DNA of 57,844 nucleotides from Acutalibacteraceae bacterium (GTDB lineage Bacteria > Bacillota > Clostridia > Oscillospirales > Acutalibacteraceae), in contig JAZOOT010000009.1 in assembly GCA_045655165.1 (NCBI GenBank), forward strand, positions 1 to 57,844, in the 5' to 3' direction. Positions 36,423 through 46,081 of the stretch are shown piece by piece. Each line of letters starts with the position of its first letter. Position 1 is the stretch's first letter. A program made the position numbers and the translations under genes. The notes below the pieces were generated by a model. It had not been told where the DNA came from. It saw only the letters and a list, made by a program, of their open reading frames with translations, and made no database searches.

Positions 36423-36509
36423 GGAGAGGTGTCCGAGCGGTTTAAGGAGCTGGTCTTGAAAACCAGTGACTCGCAAGAGCCAAGGGTTCGAATCCCTTCC
36501 TCTCCGCCA
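36423..36509 (+). tRNA. tRNA-Ser (anticodon TGA), CCA encoded
   Basis: Acceptor GGAGAGG/CCTCTCC, anticodon stem CTGGT/ACCAG with loop CTTGAAA, long variable arm, T-loop TTCGAAT. Confidence 0.9.
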
Positions 36510-36547
36510 ATTTTCCGTGTAAAATAACACTATTACGTTTAGCATTT

Positions 36548-36637
36548 GGAGTAGTACTCAAGTGGTGACGAGGCGCCCCTGCTAAGGGCGTAGGTCGGGT
36601 AACCGGCGCGAGAGTTCAAGTCTCTCCTACTCCGCCA
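36548..36637 (+). tRNA. tRNA-Ser (anticodon GCT), CCA encoded
   Basis: Acceptor GGAGTAG/CTACTCC, anticodon stem CGCCC/GGGCG with loop CTGCTAA, long variable arm, T-loop TTCAAGT. Confidence 0.9.
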
Positions 36638-36640
36638 AAA

Positions 36641-36673
36641 AATTCGACAAGTTTCTACTTGTCGAATTTTTTT
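36641..36673 (+). terminator. intrinsic terminator after the tRNA-Ser pair
   Basis: AATTCGACAAGT / ACTTGTCGAATT with TTCT loop, then a T-run. Confidence 0.75.
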
Positions 36674-37000
36674 ATCCATTGCTATTCAGAACAACTGAAA
36701 AAATAGTCAGTAATCGATTTTACAGTAAAAAAATCAACAAGTAAAGTTATGCTGAAATTATGTTTTGACGTATTAACAGCAGATAAAGAGTTTTCAAAAT
36801 ACACGTGTTAAGATTGGTCAATCGCTATTTTTCCGTTATCAATAATTGTATTATCTTGCATTTCCGCCTTAGGTTTGCGGCAATTATAATAATACTTGTA
36901 TTTCGTAACTATCCTGCTTTAATGTGTTATTTAGCAAATGTGAAATTTTTAGATATAGAGCCAGAAACAAATTTTCTTGTTCTTGAAAAACAAGAAAATT

Positions 37001-37040
37001 AAACCGCAGTCAATTTACTGCGGTTTTTGTTATTTTTCGG
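37001..37040 (+). terminator. intrinsic terminator in otherwise unassigned intergenic region
   Basis: AAACCGCAGT (37001-10) / ACTGCGGTTT (37017-26), followed by TTGTTATTTTT. Preceded by an 11-bp AT-rich hairpin at 36971-36999. Confidence 0.55.
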
Positions 37041-37075
37041 TGCAAAATTTCATATTAAAAATATGGAGGGATAAT

Positions 37076-37729
37076 ATGAACACCGAAAACAAGTTTAAAA
37101 GAAATTATTTGCCGTTAATTATTTTACAAGTGGTATCTGCGTTATTGTTAGCCGCAGTTGTTATTTGTATAAAATATGTTTCAAAAGATACTTTCGTGCA
37201 AATTAAAAACACTTATAATAAATATTTTGAAAATAAAACTGTTGAAGCAAAAACCGAAGAAGTTGCTGCGATTATGAATTTTCAACCAATAGCATATGTA
37301 AATGCAAATGCAAATGAGTTGGGAACTGAAAGCATAAACAGTTTTTGTACACCGCTTAAAGGTGTGATAACTTCAAGATTTGGCGAAAGAGAAGACCCAT
37401 TTTCAAAAGATAATAAAATGCACAAAGGAACCGATATTGCCGGAGAATATGGAAAGGAAATTTTGGCGGCGCAAGATGGCGTTGTTTCGTATGTTGGATA
37501 CGAAGAAAACGGATATGGAAATTATGTAAGTATTGCTCACGGAGATACCTTAAAAACGGTTTATGCGCATTGTAGCAAAGTATTGGTTAAGAAAGGCGAA
37601 ACAGTTAAAAAGGGTCAAAAAATTGCTTTAGTGGGCAGTACAGGCGCATCAACCGGCAATCATTTGCATTTTGAAATAAGAATAAACAATTTGCAGGTGA
37701 ATGCTGAAGAATTTGTTGATTTTTCGTAA
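37076..37729 (+). CDS. membrane-anchored M23 peptidase (SpoIVFA-like position)
   Basis: ATG 37076 after GGAGGG. One TM. HKGTDIAG ... YGNYVSIAHG ... GNHLHFEI. Followed by an overlapping M50 gene. Confidence 0.7.
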   Translation: MNTENKFKRNYLPLIILQVVSALLLAAVVICIKYVSKDTFVQIKNTYNKYFENKTVEAKTEEVAAIMNFQPIAYVNANANELGTESINSFCTPLKGVITSRFGEREDPFSKDNKMHKGTDIAGEYGKEILAAQDGVVSYVGYEENGYGNYVSIAHGDTLKTVYAHCSKVLVKKGETVKKGQKIALVGSTGASTGNHLHFEIRINNLQVNAEEFVDFS

Positions 37730-38289
37730 TGTGCTTTAATTTTTTTGGGATTAAAATTTACATATCATTTTTGTTTTGCATAACAGTATTGTCTTTTTTG
37801 ATAATAGATAAAAGCGGTTTGGTTTTTCTTGTGCTATTTTCATCAATTTTACACGAAGCAGGGCATATTGTTGCTTTGTGCATATTTAAAAATCCTCCTA
37901 AAGAAGTGAATTTTTTGCTTGGCGGAATAGAATTTAAAACAATATTGTTGCAAAACACAAAAAAGAATATTTTGGTTTCGTTAAGCGGGCCTATTGTGAA
38001 TTTAATGCTATTTGCTGTTTTTTATAAATTAAGTATAAATTTTGCGGTAATAAACCTCTTGCTTGGGGTTTTTAATTTGTTGCCGTTTTGCGGTTTGGAC
38101 GGTGCAACAGTTTTAACTGAATTATTTAAAAACAACAGTATAAGTAAAAAAATTATAAGTATTTTAACGGTATCTTTTTCCGCAATTTTATTTTTTATTA
38201 TAATGTTTATTAAAAATTTTGATAATAAAGCTTCTTTAATAATTCTTTCGGTTTATTTTTTAGTTTTTGGTGTGTTAAATTATAGTTGA
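37729..38289 (+). CDS. short M50 family membrane metalloprotease (SpoIVFB-like, no CBS domain)
   Basis: HEAGHIV and NLLPFCGLDGATV motifs within a polytopic 186-aa protein. TAATG overlap with the M23 gene. Confidence 0.65.
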   Translation: MCFNFFGIKIYISFLFCITVLSFLIIDKSGLVFLVLFSSILHEAGHIVALCIFKNPPKEVNFLLGGIEFKTILLQNTKKNILVSLSGPIVNLMLFAVFYKLSINFAVINLLLGVFNLLPFCGLDGATVLTELFKNNSISKKIISILTVSFSAILFFIIMFIKNFDNKASLIILSVYFLVFGVLNYS

Positions 38290-38346
38290 ATAAAATGGCT
38301 TTATAATGTATTATATAAAAAGCAAACTATAATAGACGGTGAAAAT

Positions 38347-40191
38347 ATGGATAAAAAATTGCTTGAAAAATTATTGTTAAGTGTTCAAAAACCGGGTAGA
38401 TATTCGGGCGGAGAACAGGGAAGTGTTATTAAAAACAAAAATGATATAAGTGTTCGTTTTGCTTTTTGCTTTCCCGATACATACGAAATTGGAATGTCTC
38501 ACCTTGGAATGAAAATTCTTTATTCTTTATTAAATTCCAAACAAGATATTTGGTGTGAAAGGGTTTTTGCTCCTTGGATTGATTTTGAAAAAGTAATGCG
38601 TGAAAATAACATTCCGCTATTTGCTTTGGAAAGCAAAGATAATGTTAAAGATTTTGATATTATCGGCTTTACATTGCAGTACGAAATGTGTTATACAAAT
38701 GTTCTTAATATGCTTGAACTTTCAGGGCTTAAACTGAAATCAAGCGAAAGGACAGAACTTACCCCGCTAGTTATTGCGGGTGGCCCTTGCACTTGTAACA
38801 GCGAACCTCTTGCCGATTTTTTTGATTTGTTTGTTATGGGAGAGGGCGAAGAAGTTCTTTTAGAACTTACTGATTTGTACAAACAAGCAAAAATAGATAA
38901 TTTAACAAAACAAGAATTTTTAATTAAAGCTTCTCAAATTGAGGGCATTTATGTACCATCACTTTACGATATTAAGTATAAAAATGACGGTACTATTTCT
39001 TCGGTATCTGCTAATTTAGGCGCACCAAAAACAATTAAAAAACGAATTATAAGCGATATGGACAAAGTGTTTTACCCAAAAGAATTTGTTGTGCCGTATA
39101 TTGAAATTGTGCACGATAGGGTAATGCAAGAAATTTTCCGTGGTTGTATTCGCGGTTGCCGTTTTTGTCAGGCGGGATTTTTATATAGACCAGTTCGCGA
39201 AAAAAGTGTTGATGCTATTTCTTCACAAGCAAAGGATTTGTGCTCATTTACGGGTTATGATGAGGTTTCTTTAACTTCGCTTAGCACAAGCGATTACCGT
39301 GAATTAGAACCGCTTTTAAATTCTTTACTTAATTGGACTGATAAAGACAAGGTTAGTCTTTCTTTGCCGTCGCTTCGTATCGATAACTTTTCACCCGAAC
39401 TTCTTAAAAAAGTTCAACACATAAGAAAAAGCGGTTTAACTTTTGCCGCCGAAGCAGGTACACAGCGTCTTCGCAATGTTATAAACAAAAATATTACCGA
39501 AGAAGAAATTTTAAACACCTGTAAAACTGCGTTTTTGGGCGGTCATACTTCGGTTAAACTCTATTTTATGTTAGGTTTGCCCACCGAAACCGATGAAGAC
39601 GTTTTGGGCATTGCAGAACTTGCTCAAAAAATTGTTGATTTGTATTATTCACTTGACAAAAAACAAAAAGGAAAAAGCGTTAATGTTTCGGTAAGCGTTT
39701 CAAACTTTGTGCCGAAACCTTTTACGCCTTTCCAGTTTGAACCGCAAATCACAAAAGAAGAAATGCACCGCCGTCAAATGCTTTTAAAAGATGCGATTAA
39801 ATCTAAAAAAATTACACTTTCATATCACGATAGCGAAACAAGTTCGCTTGAGGGCGTTTTTGCACGCGGTGACCGCCGTCTTGGTGCGGTTATTTTAAGG
39901 GCATATGAAAAGGGTTGTAAATTTGACAGTTGGAATGAATGTTTTGCACCACAAAAATGGCAAGAAGCGTTTGATGAGTGCCAAATTGACCGAGATTTTT
40001 ATAATACAAGAACGCGCAAATACGAAGAAATTTTGCCTTGGGATACTTTAGATATTGGCGTTACAAAAGAATTTTTTATAAAGCAAAACGAACTTTCTAA
40101 AAAAGCAATAACAACCGAAAACTGCCGTTTATCGTGTGCAGGTTGCGGTGCAAACTGTTATAAGGTGGGTGTATGTTATGAAGGACGTTAG
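38347..40191 (+). CDS. TIGR03960-type radical SAM protein
   Basis: 614 aa. FRGCIRGCRFCQAG. Conserved pairing with the following DUF2344 gene. Confidence 0.8.
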   Translation: MDKKLLEKLLLSVQKPGRYSGGEQGSVIKNKNDISVRFAFCFPDTYEIGMSHLGMKILYSLLNSKQDIWCERVFAPWIDFEKVMRENNIPLFALESKDNVKDFDIIGFTLQYEMCYTNVLNMLELSGLKLKSSERTELTPLVIAGGPCTCNSEPLADFFDLFVMGEGEEVLLELTDLYKQAKIDNLTKQEFLIKASQIEGIYVPSLYDIKYKNDGTISSVSANLGAPKTIKKRIISDMDKVFYPKEFVVPYIEIVHDRVMQEIFRGCIRGCRFCQAGFLYRPVREKSVDAISSQAKDLCSFTGYDEVSLTSLSTSDYRELEPLLNSLLNWTDKDKVSLSLPSLRIDNFSPELLKKVQHIRKSGLTFAAEAGTQRLRNVINKNITEEEILNTCKTAFLGGHTSVKLYFMLGLPTETDEDVLGIAELAQKIVDLYYSLDKKQKGKSVNVSVSVSNFVPKPFTPFQFEPQITKEEMHRRQMLLKDAIKSKKITLSYHDSETSSLEGVFARGDRRLGAVILRAYEKGCKFDSWNECFAPQKWQEAFDECQIDRDFYNTRTRKYEEILPWDTLDIGVTKEFFIKQNELSKKAITTENCRLSCAGCGANCYKVGVCYEGR

Positions 40192-40807
40192 ATTGTTTTT
40201 TAAAAAAACAGGCGATTTGAAATTTATTTCTCACCTTGATATGAACAGGTTTTTTATTAGGTTAATTAGAAAAAGCGGTTTAAATGTTTGGCACACTGAA
40301 GGGTTTAATCCACATCCTTATATAACTTTTGCTTTACCGCTATCTTTAGGTTTTGAAAGTGACTGCGAAGCAGTTGATTTTAAATTGCTAGATGATACTG
40401 ATTATGAAACAGTTGCAGAAACTCTTAAAAAAATTGCACCTATTGGTATTGAAATTTTAAGGGCAAGCGAGCCAAAATATAAGGCGGGAAAAATTGCTTT
40501 TGCAGTTTATGAACTTACTTTTGAGACAAAGAATGAAACTGATTTGTTTTGCGAATTTTTAGAAAAGGATTCGGTAATTGTTTCTAAAAAAACCAAAAGC
40601 GGTTCTATAAAGGTTTCAGATATTAAAGGCAAATTTGATTACACAAGATTAGATGATTGTTCTTTAAACATTAAACTGCCGTGCGGAAACGAAAATATAA
40701 ATCCTCAAAATATTGTTAATTCTTTTTGTGAACAGGAAAAACAACAGTGTTTTGTTGCTTATAAGCGTATTTCATTGCTTGTTGACGGTGATATTTCGTT
40801 TGAATGA
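40178..40807 (+). CDS. DUF2344 / TIGR03936 family protein
   Basis: MKDVRLFFKKTGDLKFISHLDMNRFF. ATG 40178 after AAGGTGGG, overlapping the radical SAM stop. Confidence 0.7.
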   Translation: MKDVRLFFKKTGDLKFISHLDMNRFFIRLIRKSGLNVWHTEGFNPHPYITFALPLSLGFESDCEAVDFKLLDDTDYETVAETLKKIAPIGIEILRASEPKYKAGKIAFAVYELTFETKNETDLFCEFLEKDSVIVSKKTKSGSIKVSDIKGKFDYTRLDDCSLNIKLPCGNENINPQNIVNSFCEQEKQQCFVAYKRISLLVDGDISFE

Positions 40808-40815
40808 TAGTAAAA

Positions 40816-40848
40816 AACCGACTGAAAATAAAAATCAGTCGGTTTTTT
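40816..40848 (+). terminator. intrinsic terminator
   Basis: CCGACTGA (40818-25) / TCAGTCGG (40835-42), then a T-run. Confidence 0.75.
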
Positions 40849-40859
40849 AAAAATAACAC

Positions 40860-40888
40860 TTGAAAAATATAAAATTATGTGTTATAAT
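40860..40888 (+). promoter_or_regulatory. promoter of tRNA-Pro
   Basis: TTGAAA 40860-65, 17-nt spacer, TGT-TATAAT with TATAAT at 40883-88. Confidence 0.55.
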
Positions 40889-40904
40889 CGCTTTCGTTGA
40901 ATAT

Positions 40905-40982
40905 CCGGGTGTGGCGCAGTTTTGGTAGCGCGCTTGAATGGGGTTCAAGAGGCCGCAGGTTCAACTCCTGTCACTCGGACCA
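40905..40982 (+). tRNA. tRNA-Pro (anticodon GGG), CCA encoded
   Basis: Acceptor CCGGGTG/CACTCGG (one G-U), D stem GCGC/GCGC, anticodon stem CTTGA/TCAAG with loop ATGGGGT (G37), discriminator A. Confidence 0.85.
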
Positions 40983-40988
40983 ATAAAA

Positions 40989-41025
40989 AGAGACTAACAT
41001 TATGTTGGTCTCTTTTGTTTTTTAA
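40989..41025 (+). terminator. intrinsic terminator after tRNA-Pro
   Basis: AGAGACTAAC / GTTGGTCTCT (one G-U), then a T-run. Confidence 0.7.
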
Positions 41026-41041
41026 CATATTAAAAAATATC

Positions 41042-41071
41042 TTGACATTATTGGGTGGGGTATTGTATAAT
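41042..41071 (+). promoter_or_regulatory. promoter of rpsU
   Basis: TTGACA 41042-47, 18-nt spacer, TATAAT 41066-71. Confidence 0.45.
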
Positions 41072-41118
41072 AAACTAGTAATTATACCCTGTACGGTGAA
41101 GATAGGGAGGGAATTTTA

Positions 41119-41295
41119 ATGAGTCAAGTTCGTATTAAAGAAAATGAATCTCTTGATAACGCTTTAAGACGTTTTAAAAGACAGACTGCAAAAGACGGTG
41201 TAATTCAAGAAGTTCGTAAAAGAGAACACTACGAAAAACCATCTGTTAAGCGCAAGAAAAAGTCGGAAGCCGCTCGTAAGCGTAAGTTCCGCTAA
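41119..41295 (+). CDS. rpsU: 30S ribosomal protein S21
   Basis: Not in the ORF track (58 aa). ATG 41119 after AGGGAGGG. Translates to [58 protein letters not shown], with TAA at 41293-95. Confidence 0.9.
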   Translation: MSQVRIKENESLDNALRRFKRQTAKDGVIQEVRKREHYEKPSVKRKKKSEAARKRKFR

Positions 41296-41352
41296 GTGAA
41301 CATTGTAAAAGCGGTTGTTTATCAATCGCTTTTCTTTTTTTGAGGTAAAAAT

Positions 41353-41838
41353 ATGTTTAAACCAAATTTATATAAATTAAAAGTTACCGATATTAAGCCA
41401 AGTGAGCTTAAAAAACTTGGTGTAAATACATTATTTTTAGATGTGGACAATACTTTATCAACCCACCACGGTTTTGAACTTGCAAGTGGTTTGCTTGAAT
41501 GGATTGATGAAATGAAAAACGAGGGTGTAAACCTTATTCTTGTTTCAAATTCTAAACAAAGTAGGGTAGAGCCGTTTGCTAAAAGTATTGATTTGCCTTT
41601 TGTTTCTTTATCGTTAAAACCGCTTGCAAAAGGTTTTAACGAAGCAAAAAAACGTCTTGGTGTTAAAAAGAAAAACATTTGTGTTGTTGGCGACCAACTT
41701 TTTACCGACGTTTTGGGTGCTAAACTTTACGGCGTTAAGGTGATTTTGTTAAAACCAATTTTGCTTGAGAATAAATTGGGCTTTAAGATTAAAAGATACT
41801 TGGAAAAAATTATTTTTAAAATTGAAAAAATTGGGTGA
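41353..41838 (+). CDS. YqeG-family HAD-IIIA phosphatase
   Basis: LFLDVDNTL, LVSNS, VVGDQLFTDVLGA. Confidence 0.75.
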   Translation: MFKPNLYKLKVTDIKPSELKKLGVNTLFLDVDNTLSTHHGFELASGLLEWIDEMKNEGVNLILVSNSKQSRVEPFAKSIDLPFVSLSLKPLAKGFNEAKKRLGVKKKNICVVGDQLFTDVLGAKLYGVKVILLKPILLENKLGFKIKRYLEKIIFKIEKIG

Positions 41839-41842
41839 TTAT

Positions 41843-42700
41843 ATGTTGGCAAAATTCGGCCCTGCGGGTAACAGCGAAAGTTTTACTGCTTTAGGTTATA
41901 AACACAGCGAATCTATTCCCGAATATTTAACTAAATTTTCACTTGACCATTTTGAATATCAGTGTGGTAGGGGCGTAAATATTTCGCAGGAAAAAGCATC
42001 TAAACTGGGTGAAATTTTTAAAGAAGCAAATTTAACCATTTCTTTACACGCACCTTATTATATTTCAATGTCTTCGGTTGAAGAAGAAAAGCGGCTTAAT
42101 TCAGTAAATTACATTTTACAAAGCGCAAGGGCAGTTAATGCTTTGGGCGGAAACAGAATAGTTGTTCATACCGGCTCTTGCTCTAAAATTAGCCGTGAAG
42201 AAGCTTTGCATTTAGCAAAAGATACAATGCTAATTGCGTTGGATGCGCTTAAAACTGAAGGTTTAGACCATATTCATATATGCCCTGAAACTATGGGTAA
42301 AATAAATCAGCTTGGAACTATGGATGAAGTTGTTGCTTTATGTGAACTCCACGAATCGCTTATACCTTGTATTGATTTTGGTCATTTAAACGCAAGAACT
42401 TTAGGCGAAGTTAATTCAAGCGAAGCATTTAAAGAAATTCTTGATAAAATTAACAATAAATTAGGCAGTTACCGCGCCCAAAACTTTCATTCGCATTTTT
42501 CTAAAATTGAATATACAAAAGGTGGTGAAAAACGGCATTTAACTTTTGATGATGTGCAGTACGGACCTGATTTTGAACCGCTAATGGATTTAATTTATGC
42601 CCGAAATTTATCGCCAACATTTGTTTGTGAATCTGCAGGAACACAAGCGGAAGATGCAAAAGCAATGAAAGATTATTATTTGGGCTTGTTTAAAGGATAA
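41843..42700 (+). CDS. xylose-isomerase-like TIM barrel protein of the endonuclease IV (AP endonuclease 2) type
   Basis: ATG 41843. FGPAGNS..., ISLHAPYYISM, RIVVHTGS, IDFGHLNA. Function not certain. Confidence 0.5.
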   Translation: MLAKFGPAGNSESFTALGYKHSESIPEYLTKFSLDHFEYQCGRGVNISQEKASKLGEIFKEANLTISLHAPYYISMSSVEEEKRLNSVNYILQSARAVNALGGNRIVVHTGSCSKISREEALHLAKDTMLIALDALKTEGLDHIHICPETMGKINQLGTMDEVVALCELHESLIPCIDFGHLNARTLGEVNSSEAFKEILDKINNKLGSYRAQNFHSHFSKIEYTKGGEKRHLTFDDVQYGPDFEPLMDLIYARNLSPTFVCESAGTQAEDAKAMKDYYLGLFKG

Positions 42701-42705
42701 TTTAA

Positions 42706-43749
42706 ATGAAAAATTTTATAAACGAAAAAACTGCAGTTTTAGTTTGTGATTATGCAAACCGCAAGTATATAACTAACTTTCAGTCGTCTTACGGATTTGT
42801 TTTAATGCTTTTAAATAAGACGGTTTTATTTGTGGACGGAAGGTATATTACCGCGGCAAAAAATACAGTTGCTAAAGAAACCAAGACTGTTTGTATAACA
42901 AATATTTATTTGCAAATTAACGAAATTTTAAAAGAAAATAATATAGAAAAAATTTACGTTGAAAATATTATTTCGGTCGCAAATTTTAATGAAATTAAAG
43001 ATAACCTTAGTTGTGAAGTTGTTGCTTCGAATGAACTTGTTAAATCCCTTCTTAAAAATAGAAGCGTTAAAAATATACAAGAAATTGATTTTGTTGTTAA
43101 AGCACAGGAAATTGCCGAAAAAGCTTTTTATGAAGTTCTTAATTATATTAAGGTTGGTATTACCGAAAAACAAATTGCAAATCGGCTTGATTATTTAATG
43201 CGTGAATTTGGCAGCGAGGGAATTTCTTTTGATACAATTTGTGTTTCGGGCAAAAATTCTGCATTGCCACACGGTGTTCCAAGTGAGAAAACTATTCAAA
43301 ACGGAGATTTTATTACACTTGACTTTGGTGCGGTATTGGGTGGTTACAGAAGCGACATGACAAGAACTGTTGCGGTTGGTTTTGCAACTGAAGAAATGGA
43401 AAAGGTTTATAACACAGTTTTATTGGCGCAAGAAAAAGCAATAAATGAAATTAAAACTGGTGTTATGGCAAGTAAGGTTGACACTGCCGCGCGTGAGTAT
43501 ATAAAAGAAAATGGTTATGGCGAATATTTTAACCATTCAACAGGACACGGTGTTGGAATAGAAGTTCACGAATACCCAAACATTTCGCCCAAAAATAATG
43601 AATTTTTGTTAGAAAATCAGATTATTACAGTGGAACCGGGTATATATTTGCCCGAAAAGTTTGGTGTAAGAATAGAAGATATGGTTTTAGTTAAAAATAA
43701 TTCACACCAAAACTTGACAAAAGTTGCAAAAAAGCTTATAATTCTTTAA
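42706..43749 (+). CDS. M24 family Xaa-Pro aminopeptidase
   Basis: [41 protein letters not shown]. Upstream of efp, as with Bacillus yqhT. Confidence 0.85.
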   Translation: MKNFINEKTAVLVCDYANRKYITNFQSSYGFVLMLLNKTVLFVDGRYITAAKNTVAKETKTVCITNIYLQINEILKENNIEKIYVENIISVANFNEIKDNLSCEVVASNELVKSLLKNRSVKNIQEIDFVVKAQEIAEKAFYEVLNYIKVGITEKQIANRLDYLMREFGSEGISFDTICVSGKNSALPHGVPSEKTIQNGDFITLDFGAVLGGYRSDMTRTVAVGFATEEMEKVYNTVLLAQEKAINEIKTGVMASKVDTAAREYIKENGYGEYFNHSTGHGVGIEVHEYPNISPKNNEFLLENQIITVEPGIYLPEKFGVRIEDMVLVKNNSHQNLTKVAKKLIIL

Positions 43750-43780
43750 TGAAATAATATGTGTATTTGGAGGAATACTT

Positions 43781-44338
43781 ATGATTACAGCCGGCGATTT
43801 TAGAAAAGGCATTACATTTGAAGAAGATGGTAACGTTTTACAGGTTATTGATTTCCAACACGTTAAACCCGGTAAGGGCGCTGCGTTTGTTAGAACAAAA
43901 ACAAAAAACGTTATAACTGGCGCCGTTATTGAAACCAGCTATAACCCCAGTGCAAAATTCCCAACCGCTTTTGTTGAAAGAAAAGATATGGAATATTCTT
44001 ATAACGATGGTGACCTTTATTACTTTATGGACCAAGAAACTTATGAACTTGTGCCCATTAACGCTTCTGACGTTGGCGATGCACTTAAATTTGTAAAAGA
44101 AAATATGGTTTGCAAAATCCTTTCTTATAAAGGCAAGGTATTTGGTATGGAACCGCCTACATTTGTTGAACTTGAAGTTACAACAACCGAACCCGGTTTT
44201 AAAGGCGATACTGCTACTAATGCTACTAAGCCCGCAACTCTTGAAACCGGCGCTGAAATTAGAGTTCCTTTGTTTATTAACGAAGGCGAAAAAATTCGTA
44301 TTGACACCCGTACCGGTGAATATATGGAACGCGCATAA
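43781..44338 (+). CDS. efp: elongation factor P
   Basis: 185 aa. [25 protein letters not shown]. Confidence 0.95.
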   Translation: MITAGDFRKGITFEEDGNVLQVIDFQHVKPGKGAAFVRTKTKNVITGAVIETSYNPSAKFPTAFVERKDMEYSYNDGDLYYFMDQETYELVPINASDVGDALKFVKENMVCKILSYKGKVFGMEPPTFVELEVTTTEPGFKGDTATNATKPATLETGAEIRVPLFINEGEKIRIDTRTGEYMERA

Positions 44339-44357
44339 TTTTTTGGAGGTATTTTAA

Positions 44358-44789
44358 ATGACTGTTTCTGAAAAAGCTGCTTATATTAAAGGTTTAGCCG
44401 AGGGCTTAGAACTTGATGGTGCTACCAAAGAAGGCAAAGTTTTAAACGCTATTATTGACCTTTTAAGCGATTTGGCTATTGACCTTGAAGATGTTCAAGA
44501 CGGTGTTGCAATGCTTTGTGAACAAATCGATGCTGTTGATGAAGACCTTTGCGACCTTGAAACTTACGTTTACGAAGAACTTGACGGTTGTGACTGTGAT
44601 TGCGACTGTGACTGTGACTGTTGCGATGACGAAGAAGATGATGAACTTTATGAAGTTGAATGTCCCAACTGCCACGATATAATTTATGTTGACGAAGTAA
44701 TGCTTGAAGACGAAGGTATTACTTGTCCTAACTGCGGAACCAATCTTGAATTTGAATTAGAAGACGAAGCAGATTTTGACGCAGAGTAA
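44358..44789 (+). CDS. acidic protein with (Cys-Asp)n tract and C-terminal CPxC...CPxC zinc ribbon (CD1247-N-terminal-domain-like)
   Basis: 143 aa. EKAAYIKGLAEGLELD N-terminus, DGCDCDCDCDCDCCDDEEDD, CPNCHD...CPNCG. Confidence 0.6.
   Translation: MTVSEKAAYIKGLAEGLELDGATKEGKVLNAIIDLLSDLAIDLEDVQDGVAMLCEQIDAVDEDLCDLETYVYEELDGCDCDCDCDCDCCDDEEDDELYEVECPNCHDIIYVDEVMLEDEGITCPNCGTNLEFELEDEADFDAE
44589..44627 (+). repeat. in-frame TGYGAY hexanucleotide tract encoding (Cys-Asp)n
   Basis: tgtgac tgtgat tgcgac tgtgac tgtgac tgttgc gat read directly from the sequence. Confidence 0.9.
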
Positions 44790-44795
44790 TTGTTT

Positions 44796-44829
44796 ACCGC
44801 ACTTTACAAAGTAGAGTGCGGTTTTTTTT
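44796..44829 (+). terminator. intrinsic terminator upstream of ispD
   Basis: ACCGCACT (44796-803) / AGTGCGGT (44815-22), then T8. Confidence 0.65.
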
Positions 44830-44840
44830 ATGGAGGATTT

Positions 44841-45575
44841 ATGGCTGTAAATTTGGCTTATGAATTGGAATACGAAGTATGTTCCGAAAATGAAAATAAT
44901 GCTATGCCAGTTATAATTGTTGCCGGCGGAAGTTCAGCAAGAATGGGCGGAATTGATAAAATCCGTGCAGAAATACTTGGTATGCCTGTTATTGCCCGCA
45001 CTTTGCTTGCTTTTGAAAAAAGTAAATTTATTTCTAAAATTGTTGTTGTAACCAAAGAAGATAATATTGATTTCGTGCAAAAAATGTGCGAAATGTATTC
45101 AATTAGCAAAATTTTGTGTGTTACAAAAGGCGGTAATAACCGAGCGAATTCGGTGCTTAACGGTTTAAACTGTTTGCCTAAAGGCACCAAAAACGTACTT
45201 ATTCACGACGGCGCGCGCCCGCTTGTTAATAGTGATATTATTGAACGCGTAGTTACAGCAGATGAAAAGTACAAATGTGTTATTTGTTCGGTCCCGGTTA
45301 CTGATACAATTAAAAAGGTAAACGGCAAAATAATTGAAGAAACTTTAGACCGAACTAAAATTGTTTCGGTACAAACACCGCAAAGGGTTGAAATTTCGGC
45401 TTATTTGCCAATTTTAACCGCTGAAAAAGAATTAGATTTTTATACAGATGATGCTTCTTTTATGGAACTAAACGGCCATGAGGTATTTAATGTTTTAGGT
45501 GACTATAAGAACATTAAAATTACAACTAAATTTGATTTAGTTATTGCAAAATCTTTATTGGAGGAAGTTTTATGA
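44841..45575 (+). CDS. ispD: 2-C-methyl-D-erythritol 4-phosphate cytidylyltransferase
   Basis: ATG 44841 after GGAGGA; the track start 44790 spans the terminator. [25 protein letters not shown]. Confidence 0.85.
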   Translation: MAVNLAYELEYEVCSENENNAMPVIIVAGGSSARMGGIDKIRAEILGMPVIARTLLAFEKSKFISKIVVVTKEDNIDFVQKMCEMYSISKILCVTKGGNNRANSVLNGLNCLPKGTKNVLIHDGARPLVNSDIIERVVTADEKYKCVICSVPVTDTIKKVNGKIIEETLDRTKIVSVQTPQRVEISAYLPILTAEKELDFYTDDASFMELNGHEVFNVLGDYKNIKITTKFDLVIAKSLLEEVL

Positions 45576-46039
45576 GAATCGGCCACGGATACGACGTTCA
45601 TAAATTTGCCAAAAACCGTAAACTTGTATTAGGCGGTGTTACCATTGATTACGAAATGGGGCTTTTGGGCCATTCAGATGCCGACGTTTTACTTCATGCA
45701 ATTAGCGACGCTTTGTTAGGCGCGGCGGCGCTTGGCGATATTGGCAAACATTTTCCTGATAACAATGATAAATATTTGGGTGCTGACAGTTTAGAACTTT
45801 TAAAATGTGTTTATAATTTAATTAGTGAAAAAGGGTATAAGGTTGTTAATATTGATGCTACCGTTATTGCACAGGCACCGAAATTAGCACGATATATTGA
45901 AAATATGGTTATAAACATTGCAAATACACTTAATATTTCTAAAGACTGCGTTAATGTTAAAGCAACAACCGAAGAGGGCTTGGGCTTTACGGGTGAAAAA
46001 CTTGGTATTGCAGCACATTGTGTGTGTTTAATCGAATAA
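45572..46039 (+). CDS. ispF: 2-C-methyl-D-erythritol 2,4-cyclodiphosphate synthase
   Basis: [31 protein letters not shown]. Confidence 0.95.
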   Translation: MRIGHGYDVHKFAKNRKLVLGGVTIDYEMGLLGHSDADVLLHAISDALLGAAALGDIGKHFPDNNDKYLGADSLELLKCVYNLISEKGYKVVNIDATVIAQAPKLARYIENMVINIANTLNISKDCVNVKATTEEGLGFTGEKLGIAAHCVCLIE

Positions 46040-46081
46040 AATTAAGCATTTTCACTATATATTTATAGTGAGGTGTTTTAA

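Noticed and set aside
36805-37002. 65-aa ORF as a small membrane protein
   Set aside because: It has a GTG start without an SD and low-complexity hydrophobic content. Its 3' end is formed by the hairpin sequence. There is not enough support to call a gene.
36676-37075. Cyclic-di-AMP (ydaO-type) or other riboswitch in front of the M23 peptidase gene
   Set aside because: ydaO-type elements often precede cell-wall hydrolases. However, I could not find the conserved GGGGA/CCCA-type cores or any pseudo-symmetric architecture. The region is kept only as an unexplained terminator-containing spacer.
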